From Trichosphaerium sp. ATCC 40318 (taxonomy: Eukaryota > Protista > Tubulinea), in NCBI GenBank assembly GCA_038496445.1, contig JALMLS010000397.1:328590-392589 (forward strand): a stretch of 64,000 nucleotides of DNA. The letters are read 5' to 3'. Shown one piece after another: positions 35,714 through 48,797 of the stretch. The position numbers and the translations under genes are program-made. Position 1 is the stretch's first letter. Each line of letters starts with the position of its first letter. The notes under the pieces are model-generated. The model did not search any database and was not told the DNA's origin. It saw nothing but the letters and a program-made list of their open reading frames with translations.

Positions 35714-38011
35714 TTATGTGGGCGTTACAAGGGACATTGGAGAAAATCCCATCCATACATACAATCCCAAAATCACCGGTTCTACGTAATCCATGATTGC
35801 AACACGTGTCAAGTTGATAGAAAACCACCAATACGATAAAACACCCCAATTCTCTTTAGCCAACGCCCTAGCAATACTATTAGCTACAATCAATAGGGTT
35901 TTATAGTACTTGGCTGCTTCTATAGCGAAAACGCGGAACCTGTCAACTATTGTATGTCAGCTAGTTATTGATGATGAGAAATGTACCAGGTATGCCCAAT
36001 TCATAATTGATAGACCTCACAATATTCGTGTTACGCATAAATAAAAGAAGCTCTCTTGGTAGATCGTTGACTGCTTTTTTAGCACCGCTCACCTAAGGTA
36101 ATAAGACAAAAGCTTTCTGTAAGAAGTTTCAACATACAACTTTATCATACTGTGCTTTTTCTTCTGCCGTCAAAGATCCTGTCTTAAGTTTTGATCGTAA
36201 TTTACCATACGTACTCCTATAACTATGTCTTTAATGCGTACATTTTAACCGTCGTACCCTTTCGGTCGCTTCATAAAAATAGCGCCAACAGCGAACCTCC
36301 AATGTGGGAATCCGAGCGCTTTACTATACTTTGCTGTACCCTCTATGTCATTGAGTACATAAGACTATACATATGATACCGTTAGTGTCGCCAAGTATTG
36401 TTACAACTACTCACGGTATAAAGGTTTGTTAGATTCTCTCTTATCTCTGTAGACAGCTCTTGATATAGTCCATGATCTAGAAAAATTACCTGGTGTGAAG
36501 TAAAAAAACAGAATTCTTTTTGAGTGCTTGATGTGAGTTCACCTGTGCTTTGCCATTTACTTTACGAACCAAAATATTACCAGGATGAGGGTCAGCGTGT
36601 AGAAACCCTTTTGAATTTGTTCAGTAAATAATAAGTGTTAAATCCGTACCATGCTGAAAGACCTGCTCTGCTACACCTTTCATCATCTTTGTAAGTGCTT
36701 CTTTAACTGATATTCCCTGCGCATTCAAAGCCTCAGCGTCTGTAATCTTAACTCCTTCCACGTATTCCATAGTTAATACATGCTGGAAAGTTTTAATGAA
36801 GTGAGTTTAAAAGTGAAGGTTATACTTTTGTTGTTAGCGATTGATAGACCTTTGGTACATAATAATCTGGATTATTACCAAAATTCTCTCTAGCACGAGT
36901 TCCGTTTCTCCCTTCATTCTCAAAATCTAGTATTGGGATTAATGACTGTTATTTCATGTGTGTACATACCCAACTCTTGATACAACGCTTTTTCAACCTC
37001 TTCAATCATCGATAATGTCTCAATCTCAGGAAATTTAAACTTGAATAGGAGCATAAACAGCTTTAGCGCGATCATCTCACCACGGAAATTAAATGCCACT
37101 GATGGGTATTGCAACTTTATTGCAACCTGTGTGCCATCAAGTAGGCGCCCACGGTGAACTTGCCTGATAGAGTGTCAACATGACAATAGCAATACCAAAA
37201 AGAACTAACGCAATGCTGGCTGCAGCAACAGCTTCAGGTTCTATTGATGCAAATAAATCAGTGTATGGTACGCCAAAATCTTGTATGAACGTTTGTTGTA
37301 GTTCGTCAATGGTGACAGCTGGCACAGAATCATAAAGCACCTGTCAAAAAATTAGGCACATTATTGACACCAGCATACATACCTTTAAAGTGCTTGTCCA
37401 TTCTTTTGTTAGCGTAACGTTAGCGCTAAGCATTACTTGACCAATTTTTATGTACAATCCCCCATTTTTGAGGCACAGTCGAAGTACACGCTCGGCGGAA
37501 CGAGTGTTAAACTACATATCAGTTAACGGCGTATTTTAAGCGTATTTACGTCGGATAGAGCTTGTTCGTAGTCCTTTGATGCTTTGTCTGGGTTTTTCCA
37601 TTCTGTAAGCTCTAAGTCTCCTGCAATTACACCCAACTGTATGATAGTAAGCAATAGTACAATTAGGCAGTGTTGTAAATTTAATTTCGCGTGTGGTATT
37701 ACGTACGGCGTACAAGGCTCTACTCACGCGCGTAACACCACTTGCGAGCTGTTTAGCCGGTGTAACAATAGACCGGTTACCAAATTGCTCCCAAGCGTAG
37801 AGAGCAATGGCACTGGTTGCTGCAAGTCCAAGAACAGGTGCGAGCCCTATGTTATGGTTATTGACAAAGCAAAAAATACATTCGTACACCGTGTGTTTCT
37901 TGTTTCAGTGGCAGTTTTAACACCGTCAGAAGTACGGGATGAGTAGCAGCGGGATCCAGGTTTATACCTAGACCTGTTAGCTCGGGTGTGAACTCGTGCC
38001 AAACGCCACAT
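35714..38011 (-). CDS. ABC1/aarF atypical kinase (ADCK1/5-like), probably mitochondrial
   Basis: Arg/Ser-rich presequence MWRLARVHTRANRSR. Motifs CLKNGGLYIKIGQ, AAASIA|QVHR, VAIKLQYP, ELDFENEG, LTMEYVEG, FLHADPHPGNILV and LDHG. Confidence 0.88.
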
Positions 38012-38258
38012 TTCTGGTGTAGTGACTTAAATTAGTACACAAAACACGTTTGTCACGTGTTTTGAAAAAGAAGACGGAATACCAAAAGAACAAGTAACAA
38101 TAAAGTTCCATCAGTTATTTAGGTACTCAACTTCTTTCTGGGCTACATTTTCCCGTTACAACTATAAAACCTGTTTAATACTTTTGATCTTTAACTTAAA
38201 TACACCAATTTCTTACTGAGCTAATTGTAAACAGCTTTGCATGAATCCGCGTTAACAA

Positions 38259-40365
38259 ATGTCTTCAGAGCCACCTGTGAAGAAGAGAAAGCTCGCAAAC
38301 TCTACAGTTGGCTTGGCGGCCATTGCGTGTGCTGCATGCCGAAAGAAGCACTACAAGTGCGATAAGAAGCTTCCAAGCTGTAGTCATTGTTTAAAATGCA
38401 ATCGAAAGTGCGAGTACCTCATGCCACGCAAACGGGGACCTAAGAAAGGTACAACATTATTGATTTCACAATTTCTCTCTGAATTGCTAACATACAATAA
38501 GTAAACAAACAGGGTGACCTTGCCGAGCGTATAAAGCAGCTTGAAAACCAATTAAAACAACAAAAAGTAGAATCAGATTATTACAAACAACTTGTTACAA
38601 CAAACGGCGCCTGTCAGCAACGCGTGGTATCGCTACAACATCAACGTCGCGGTGTTAACTTGGTACGGAATTATTGCGAATTGCTGGTGGTGCTATCGTT
38701 CTACAAACATTTTCTCGGCATAAAACACCAACGTTGCGGCGGAACTTTTATCCTAAGTATGTTTTTCTCCACAGGCAGCTGCAGCAGATGCCTATGGCTA
38801 CATGCAATGTTTCTTGGGACCACAAAACGTGTATCCAACGCCTACGCTCAAGTTTCCGCAAGTAATTTTTGATGACCTCTTTTCCAAAGCAGGTAGTGTC
38901 ACTGCCAAAACAAAAAACCTCTGACACGATCTGTAGTTACGCGTGATAACATGCAAATCTATGCAATGATGGCTTTTGGGGCACTGTTACGCGGTAATAG
39001 CGCAGAGGCTACTGAGTACTACAACACATCAATCCAAATGGCTGACAGACTTTTTGACCAACCATGTTACACAACAGCAGGTATGATCAATAGCCTGAAT
39101 GCGACTAATTTTGCAATGTAGTGGGTTGTTTAATTATTGCTTTATATCAGCTAGCAGCCTGTAAAACGACGAGCAGAAAGTACCTTGTAATTGCTGACTC
39201 TATGTGCAGCTACATGCAGAATACTGGTATAGATAAAGGAGGTACAAGACTCTTACCTCGTAACAATCACTTGATAACAATTTCGCAAAGAGTACGATGA
39301 CCAACCTATAATTGCGATATCCGCAAAGTTATACAAGGCAGTCTGTGAAAGAGCGTTGCCAAGGAGTGAATGGACTGAAGACTACACTAAAGTAAGTTAA
39401 TAGGCTATCACCAAACACATTTATTAACACTGTTGCAGACTTTACCGAAGCAAATAGAAAAAATGACTCAATATCAAGATGCCACTAATGGAAGCAAGAA
39501 AGTCGCTGTTGAAGCTCTCCAAAGTATAGTATTACTGACAGCCGCCTACGTACCGTGCATATATTGCTGTCACTTGTTTATTTACCGCTGCGCAGATTAA
39601 GATAGAAGTAAGAGGAGCGCAAAAATTTGGCACTCCATTTAGCATTGATCTAATACAACGTTGTGTTAGTATGCTGGATAACGCAGATAAAGTTATTGCA
39701 AGCGTAGAGCATATGAATCCGTACTTGAGGTAACCTCATTTTTTTTTTTATTTGATTGTGCCGCTCACACCGCTGTAGACCGTGGTTGAGTAGTGCCAAA
39801 GCCTTGTTCTATTTACAAATAGGCAACGAGCACATGAGTAGACTCGCAGCGGACTCTACCACAGAACAGATTGAAGTGATGACGGCTGTAAATAATTTAT
39901 CAATTTCTCCATTCATAGCGCTTGCAGTGCACGAGACGTATACTGTGCATAAACACTACAATGATCTAGACATGATGAGCAGAGATGAGGGAATACTTGA
40001 GGCAGTCGCCAGGATGTTGCCAGTTGGTAACACTATACTAGCAGTGCGTTGGAATGCACCCTTCCAAAAGGGTCTTTTTCTTTGTTTAATTTATTTAAAG
40101 TATTTATTTGTTTTGCGCCAAGGCTGTACGCAGTGGCCAGGAAATACGCTCACCAATTGGTGTACTCAACCGCCTCATCAATACAGAATCCATCTCGGTG
40201 CCTTCATCACCAGATCTGTCCTTAACGGAGGATCCTCCAGAAGCTGTGGAATTGTTCCCATTGCCAAATGATAGCACACTTGATTTGCGGCTGAATGCAG
40301 GCAGCGAACCAGAACAGTTTTATACTCTAGACGCACCACAAAATGAAAACTTACTGTACTTTTGA
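38259..40365 (+). CDS. Zn(II)2Cys6 (GAL4-type) transcription factor
   Basis: ACAACRKKHYKCDKKLPSCSHCLKCNRKCEY..RKRGP followed by coiled coil LAERIKQLENQLK and a helical middle region over several exons. Confidence 0.9.
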
Positions 40366-40859
40366 TAACCTTTGTAAATATATCCACAACCATAGAAAAT
40401 ATGGGTACAAACACATCCCTTTGTTGCTGTTAACACAATCACAAACGGCGAAGCAACCCCCACAAATGTCCATTTGTTTTTATTACCCTTTTGATATTCA
40501 CACTCTAGCGACACGAATATGGAGGCGTACAACGTCAATAAAAATAGGCGTGTAACATAATATAAGGCTTTTTTTTTTTTGTGCTTGGCATGTTGGCTGG
40601 AACGCGCCCCATAGGGCAGCAAGTGAATAAAAGACAAACTTGCAACGCATCACGTTTTTTTTTTTTCTGTGCCAGACTTTTTTCTGTTTGAACGTAAAGA
40701 AATTTTGGCAAAATACCACATTAAACTGCCAAATTACAAAGCTGGCCACGCAAGCATTCACATCAAACATAACCAGCGAACTGGTGCACGCTTTAGGGCG
40801 GTCACACATCAATTGTTATTAATTTTTTTGGGTTTTTTTTGTATTTGTAGCAAAGCGGC

Positions 40860-43800
40860 ATGGCCAGGAAAAGCTTAGATATCTCGCAAGAGGTACCGCC
40901 ATGGTTTAACAACATTAAAGCAAACCCAACAAAAACTCTGGATCTGAACGCTATTTACTGCGTTCACGAAGCAGAGAGGCAGATCAAAAAGGATACAAAG
41001 GGAACGCAGACGAGTTTTATGGGCTTTCCCAGCGACTTTATTGCTCCGTTCTGCGCACATCTGAGAGAAGACCAAACAATTGAACATTTGAACCTGGAAG
41101 GCGTCAATTTTAACATACATGGTATCAAAAAACTTGGAGACGCGCTCCAACATAATTCTACGCTACGTAAGCTAAATCTGAAGCACAACAACCTACCAGC
41201 CGTGGAAATACATAAATTTGTCACCAAGCTCGCCCAACACAATTTTACTCTATGTGAATGTATAATGGAGGAAGAACCAGACAAAGAAGAGGAGTTTACA
41301 AAAGCTTGCGAGTCATACGAATCGTTCACCCTTAACACTGTTTGGGGTGGCATGACAGGCGGAACATCTCATGTTGACCCTCAAAAACTCTATGATCACG
41401 CGTTGGATGAACTACAGATAGTCCTTGAAGGCAATAGGACCTATGTCAATGTACGTTAACAGTGAAAAACCAAAAAAAAAAAAAAAAACAAAAAAAATCA
41501 GAAGCAAACAGTCTTTTTTCCCTTTTTAACCTTTTGGGAACTCCCTTCTTTTTTGCTTTTTTTTCACGTGCTTATTATTTTTCATAGACGCGACATAACG
41601 GTGGAGATAAGGTGGTTCTACCCAATAGGGGTAGACCTTCTTCAAATACAATTGCGTCCCTCTTGAGATCATTAGTTGTACGCTTTTAATGTTTGATTCT
41701 AATGTGCCATCTCTTTCGGGCGCCTACATGACAATTTTAACTCTTTTTTTTGTAGACCACCAACATACGCGTTCTTGAATTTGAGAACACAGAGTTACCA
41801 GTACCATTGCCACCAGAGATTGGTTTATTAAGTTCACTTGAAGAACTGAGGATAATAAAATGTGGATTGAAAAAGCTACCGAACACTATTGGCTTTTTAT
41901 CTAAACTCAAGATTTTGAACTTGGCGGGCAATTATCTTACGCAGCTACCTGATGCCTTTGCTTTACTCACGAACTTGGTCAAAGTATCTGTGCGCGACAA
42001 TGAAGGATTAGCCGACTTGCCTCTTAGTCTCGTTCAATCAGAAAAACTTAAAGTTTGCATGACTCAAAAATGTTCCTTGAAGGCACTTGGCGGTCTTCCT
42101 AGTGAAGTTAAGAAAGATAATACTGGCGAAAAGCTTTTGGGGTATATGCGCGGGTTGTATAAGGGAAAGAGATACGTGAATCGCTGTAAGCTTATGTTTG
42201 TTGGAGACGGTAACGTTGGTAAAACTTCGCTTGGTACGCAGTTTGTTTTTTTTGGTTTTTTTTTTTAATTTCTTTTACAACGTACTTACTTTGTACAGTG
42301 TCTTCTTTGAAAAAACTTGTCAGTTACGGCAAAAAAGCAGCAAGGAAAGTGTCGAAGAAAAAGCTAGTCCAGGACCAAGTAACTCCGTCGTATAACAATA
42401 TCGCAACTGATGGCATTGATATTCACTTGTTACCGATGGTTGCGAGCGTTAAATATAGTCCACCAGACGAGAAGAAGATTTATTTTTCGTTATGGGATTT
42501 TGCGGGTGCGTTGGGAGGCATTTTGAGATGTTTTTGAATTTTTTTTCACACCCCAAATCTTGAAAAAAGGGGTTGGTGAACAATTATTTTTTAATTCGTT
42601 GAAACTATACCCAAATGACGCCAATTTATTTTTATTGTCATAATATTATTGGTGGCATCATGTTATAACTTCTGTAGCTTAGTTTGTTTTATTTTTGTCG
42701 CTGGAATTTCGTCTGACATTTCGTTAGGACAAGAAATTTACTACGCAACGCATCAGTTCTTTTTGAGCGACAGGGCAGTTTATTTAGTTTGTATGAAGAG
42801 TACAGCTGATGAAAACGAGTTGAGTAGGGTTGAATATTGGCTTCAATCAATTCAAGCCAGGGCACCTAAAGCTCCAACGTTTCTAGTGTGTACGTTACAG
42901 GGCTCAATTTTTTTTTTGTTGGTGGAATTCTACAAAAAAACTTTTTATTTTTGTAGCGGAGTTGCGCTAACTGAAATGCTGTTTAGGCTCTCATTTGGAT
43001 AATAAGATATGTACGAAACAATATTTGAAGGACCTAAGAGCTAAGCTCAGCGCACGTTTTGGCGTACGATTCAAGTCTAATCTTGTTGGCCTTCACTTCA
43101 TTTCGAACGAAACTTTGAAGGGTGTAGCCGGTACGTCTCATTGTTTCTATTCAACGAAAATTACAGTTATTGTGCTGCTCATCGAAAGTTTTAAACTGAT
43201 CAATCTTTTGTAGACCTTAAATCAGCTATCATCAAAACCTGTACAAATGCCAAATACAAGCGCAAATGTGGTATTGAAGAAGAGCGTCCTACGTCGTGGC
43301 TACGTTTAGAAGAAGCATCTAAAGGTCTCGCTGCTACATCACCAGTTCCAGTTATTCTGTATAAGGTAATAATAACGCAATTTGCGGATTTACAAAAAAA
43401 GCAACCTAACGTTGGTTGTTATTGTAGAATTGGGAAAAGAGAGCTCTGGACTCTTGCGGTTTTGATACAAAAGAGGAAGTAGCGCTTGCTACAAAGTTTT
43501 TGCATGATACCGGCGCCATTGTACGCGAAAACTTTTGTTTTTGAAAACGCTTCTTGTTCCCCCTTTACGCGTTCAGCAAATTGAAGGTGACCTAGGTTTA
43601 CTTTGACGAGCAAGAGTCGGGTCTGAGTGAGCATGTTATTCTAGACTCAGCCTGGCTTACGTCGGTATTCGCCACAGTGGTAACAATGAAGTCGAATATG
43701 GTTCGTGGCGGTATTCTTAACCACAGGGTACGTAATGGGACGGTTTCCGGAAGAGTTTACAACAAGCTAAAAGTTTTTTCTTTCAGGACTTGGGCCATAT

Positions 43801-46675
43801 TTGGAAGCTACCTTTGTTTCCACCTGAGATTCATCCCTTCCTCCTTGCCACACTGGAGAAATTCGATTTATTGCATAGACTTGAAGGAAATGCAATTAAC
43901 AATATTGATATGCTTCGTGCAAGCCAAAACCTTGGTAATGTATCTGACTTGCTTGGTTTTGATAATTTCATGCGCTTGGACGGGTTTTCGGTACTGCCAC
44001 AATTTTTAAAGCCTTTCATGCACTGTTTTTTATTTTTTGACACATTTTAGGGTGATCAAGTGGTTGCTGGCTCGTTGATATCACCAAGCGTTGCTCCTAT
44101 AGAGAATCAAGGAAGAAGTTTAATTCCATGCCTACTACGAGATACACCTCCAAAGCGAGATGCCATCGAAGCTGTATGTAAAAGAGCTATCCTTCTATTT
44201 TTCTTTTTTCCACAAAGATTGATTGTGACGTTTCCATAGGCGTTTCCTTCTGACGTTGACACTGCAACACAATTGAACCGGGTTTACACACTCTCATTCT
44301 TGCCTAATGGCTTTTTTGAGCGCCTGATGGTGCGCTTACTTCACTCGCACTGGGAAGCAAAGGTATACCTTTTTTGCCACACAAAACTTGGACCCAGTTT
44401 TCTTATGTAAATTTTAGATTTTTTGGCGTTTCGGTATTGTCTTGGAAAAGGAAGGGTCACGTTTATTCTTAAAGCTCATTAAAGAAGATGGAAGTTTCCG
44501 CATTGAAGTCTTTTTGCGTGGGCCGGACGGCTCTAAGATGGGACCGCTTATGGAGAGTATTGATACACTCATTAGCGATTGGCTTTCTGTTGACTTTAGC
44601 ATTTCAGTACCTTGTAATAATTGCATGGCAAACGGTCAACTTAATCCACACAACTTTGATATTAAAGGTATGTTGGTGGTCTTTAAACCAAACTGCTTTT
44701 CCTCTTGTGTAATTCATTCCTCTTACTCTCCTTTAGAACTCGAACTAGCTATTGGTAAAGGAAAAATGTTGGTCGTATGTCCACGTGACAAGCTTCCTGT
44801 CAGGGTAGATGCTTTAGTACCTGACTTGACTATGGGAGATATCTTATCAGATTCTATGAAAATCCCATTTCATACACTACAACTTACTACGGAGCTCGGT
44901 GTTGGTGGTTTTGCGGTTGTATATAAAGGATCATATAGGGGTAAAGATGTAGCAATCAAGAAGCTTACCATAACAGAGCACGATGAAGATAACGACACAC
45001 AGAGTCATACTAAAATTTTTGGTGAATTCCGACGTGAAGTCTGGCTAATGAGGTTCGCTCCTTTTCTCTTTTCTCTTTTCTCTTCCCTTTGATTTACTAA
45101 ACTCTGTTTTAGTCGTATATCTCATGAGAACATTGTATCACTTGTTGGCTGTTGTACTAGCCCTGACCCGTATTGTATGGTATTGGAGTTTATGGATGCT
45201 GGTGATTTATACGAGTTTGCTCATGGCCCAAGATATGAGACTGCCTCATGGGACTTATTGTTAAAATTAGCCCTGGATGTAGCTAAGGGTATGGAGTATA
45301 TGCACTCTTTAAATCCACCGATCATTCATCGTGATTTGAAGAGTCCTAACGTGCTTTTGACGAAGGTAACCTCAATTTCCCTTTTACCACTTCCATTTCT
45401 TTTTTATTGAATTGTTTCTTATCATGAGTAGCGTGGAGCACCACCTGGATTTATGACTGCCAAAGTAGCTGATTTTGGACTATCAAGAGGTCTATATTGG
45501 ACGAGTGGATATGTTGGGAAAGACGTTGATAATCCTGTTTGGTTAGCGCCTGAGGTTCGTGTTCTTGCTGAGAGCGCTTTTTTTATTTTGTTATTATTTT
45601 TCTTCTAACCCACTAAACAGGTAATCAAACGCAAACCTTACAGTGAAAAAGTTGATGTATACGCCTTTGGAGTAATTTTGTGGGAGCTTTCATCAGGGAA
45701 AGAGTTTTTTGGAGAGTGCAAATTTTTTTCTGAGGTTGAGAACCGAGTTTTGGCTGGTGAACGTCCTCTCGTACCTGAAACTGCACCAGTTTATATAAGC
45801 GTTATAACTCAAGGTAAGTAGCATCGTAATCTTAGTGTAAGACAGAACTTCAAAGCTTTTAAAGCTATGAGTCCATTTGTCAGCCTTTTTCAAGTTTTTG
45901 TTTCTTACATCTCTTCTTAGCTTGTTGGGACGAGGACCCTAATAACAGGCCTTCTTTTAAATCAATTACAACTGCAATTGAAACAAAAGAACCACCACGC
46001 ATCACAGAGCCGCCAAAAGTGAAGTTTAGTGCAAACTATGATCCTCGACCACAGACGAAAGCAGAAGCGAGACGTGGTTCTGTGCAACTCAAAAGTGCAC
46101 CGCGTCAAACAAAATCGCGTACCTACTCTCACAGTGGTGGTATGCGCAGTGCTTCTTACGGTTCTGCATTAGCGTCTAGCGCACCTCAACAAAGCCCTGC
46201 TGCTTTCGAACCTGGCAAATACAATGGGTGCGCTTCCTTTTTGTTATTGGTCTTTTTTTTTTTTGTTCTTCGCTTTTTTCACGTGTAGTCCAACTAACTT
46301 GACAAAGATACCGTCCACCCGCAAATCAAAGATTCACAATTCAAATGACTAGATCCGCTGATTTTCAAAAAGCAAAACGACCTGCCAAGAGGTACGTGAG
46401 GGGGACAGTTAACTGAATTTTTTTTTATCATTTATTTTATTTTATTTATCTAACTCATTTGGTAGGCAAACCATGCCCAATTTTCCGACTAAAGGGCTAC
46501 CTACACCGCCACTACCAAAAAGACCACCTAATAGATATAACTCTACCCCCATTCGCGCAGCCGGTGTATGTGTGCACTTTTTACTTTTTATTTTGTTGCT
46601 TATATCTCTTTGTAGCCTGCAGAAGCTGGAAAGGCAGCCCAAAACTCTCACCCAATGTATAAACCAAGAATGTAA
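40860..46675 (+). CDS. Roco protein: LRR - ROC GTPase - COR - TKL kinase (LRRK/Pats1-like)
   Basis: RNI-type then typical LRRs. ROC motifs KLMFVGDGNVGKTSL, ATDGIDI, LWDFAG|QEIYYATHQFFL, CSHLD. COR region. Kinase motifs LGVGGFAVVYKG, VAIK, HRDLKSPN, DFGLS, DNPVWLAPE, DVYAFG. Pro-rich tail. Confidence 0.93.
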
Positions 46676-46952
46676 TGTAAACAAACTGTACAACTAAAAT
46701 AAATGTAACACTGAGCATAACAATGTCCCACATGATTTATTAGATATCACAATGGGTGCTTTGCTTTATTAACGCTATCAGAAGAATTGGTCTTTTTTAG
46801 GGTAAGGCAATAAACAATTAGCGAGTTACAACCATCAAACAAAAGGTGAGGCGTAACAGACAAGCTGAGAAAAAACTGAGAATGTCTCACCGAAACGAAT
46901 CATTGGACATTGCTAACATACTGCATGTAGGAGTGTGCAAGGTATAATGCTA

Positions 46953-47332
46953 TTAGAAAAGAGGGAAGGTTGTAGGAGCTGCGGTTGGGCGTGGTAATGT
47001 TGTCGGCGCTACAGTTGTAGGTATAACCATTCGACAAATATATATGTCAGCCTTCACGTGAGACACTGTCCAATCTTCGTCAGCCTCATCTCGTTTTGTC
47101 TTTAAGAATAAAAGTTAAGTTGGACACAAACCTGGGAATATACGCAAGTGTTTGTACAGGACACAGTGAGGTATGCACACAATATTTCGGGATTTCTGAA
47201 ACTGCCCCTTTGGTTCTTGATTGTTGTTTTCCTCAAGCACAAGCTGCTTATGTCTATTGTTTGACTCAGAATATAACGAAATGGTCGTTGCATGCCGCCT
47301 TTGATCATGCTGTATTGACTACCTTGAACCAA
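46953..47332 (-). other. Poorly resolved small spliced gene or relic ending in a lectin-like W..YICR motif plus PT repeats
   Basis: ..ILCAYL..VYSQ|gtttgt..aag|TKRDEADEDWTVSHVKADIYICRMVIPTTVAPTTLPRPTAAPTTFPLF*. The 5' end is not resolved. Confidence 0.25.
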
Positions 47333-48797
47333 TTTAATTTACTATGTACTAGTACGGTACATTACCGTCCTCACTGGCAAGCATCCAAATTATCGATGTT
47401 GAAATTCCGTGTGGCTAAGGGTACTCGTGTTATACCACGTATGACTTTCACGTAGCCCTTGATAAAGCAAGACAACACATAGTGCTATTTCTCATTTGTA
47501 GCAAATTTAAAGTGCTGATTGTCATAGACTTCCCTCTAGCAAAGTACCACTTGCGGAGTTTTACAATGGAAAAATGCAAAAAGTCCGTTCCTACAAAAGT
47601 CGATTAATCACAAATATGCAAAAATTGTCTTTCGACCTTAGAGCTACGGGCCACCACCAGCTCTAGACAAGACACCCATGGCCTTATTCACGCACTGTTT
47701 TCCAATCTAGCACGCGAGGTATCGTCAACCGGTCATTTGCAAGCAGATTGTTAATATACTTACGGGCGTTCGACGCGTGTATCCTGCTACCCCTGGTGAA
47801 ACAGGGCACTCTTGAGAGGACGTATTTGTACCACTGCGAACACCCAGTTTAACGCCCCCACTAACAAAATGGATTTAAAATCCTTTTATTGATCACTATT
47901 TTGATCAAAATTTAATTGTGGTTTTACCCATTCCTTCTAAAACTGTCCATAAGGTAGCCGTGGTGCATTTACGCATACTTGTTCGCATTTCGGATTTTAT
48001 ATGCGAATTTCGAGTTTAGTTCATGTATTGTGAAGCAGTGCAGTAAATTTCGAAAAGACTGAAAAATTGGTGGAATTCCACCAAAATAAAAAAAAAGTTA
48101 ATTACTTACAGACGCAGTATTTAGCGTTTTAACGTCCTCATTGTACACTATAACGCATTGCGCATGATTTAACGTTGATATGGGTCCCTACGTTCATTTG
48201 TCTGCTTGGTTAGTGAATAGTTTCATATTTTTTTCAGAAAATAGATGATAAATGTGCTCCGCACAATCAAAAGTGCGCAAAGATTCCACAAGGCCATTTA
48301 TATGATACGCAGTACTTGCTATATGATAATTTGCGAACCATCAATGTCACGAACAACGTAAAGAAAATCAATCGTCAGTATTGTACCTTCGTAGAGCGAG
48401 TATGAGGAAGCGTCATCGTCGCATTATACGCGCAGTAAATTTGCAGGCAAAGAAATCGAATAAAGTCTGTCTAACCTCACCAGTGCGTGTATTTCCTCAC
48501 AATAATGTAATAAACCCATTGTTAGGTCGTTTTACTCCTGTTTAACCGATTTCAGCAGCTAGTGCTGTAATAGTTGATTTAAAAGCGCTTCCACAAGCAC
48601 TAGCTACCAAAGCAACAGATACCACGCCGATACAATACCGTTGGGGAACTCTACGGAAATACGACCTGTAATAAGTTCATCAAACGTAGATTGGTGAAGC
48701 CTCGCACCAGTGAAATATTGGTGGCTATCTAAGACAGTCAAAAGTAGTCTGTACCGTTTTGCTTAGCTACGACACCAATATTTTATCACCAGCGTGT

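Noticed and set aside
15649-40365. Secondary-metabolite gene cluster (questin oxidase + P450 + Zn2Cys6)
   Set aside because: No PKS, NRPS or terpene synthase is present, and the genes are separated by unrelated signalling and chromatin genes.
41452-41587. Intron with poly(A) followed by poly(T) that could form a hairpin
   Set aside because: Homopolymer runs are ubiquitous in introns here, so this is low-complexity pairing only.
47756-47860. U1 snRNA-like start ATACTTAC followed by gggcgtt...aacgccc stem and a ccctg/caggg hairpin
   Set aside because: It lacks CCUGG, the U1-70K and U1A loops and an Sm site. ATACTTAC is simply a minus-strand GTAAGTAT donor of a weak spliced model.
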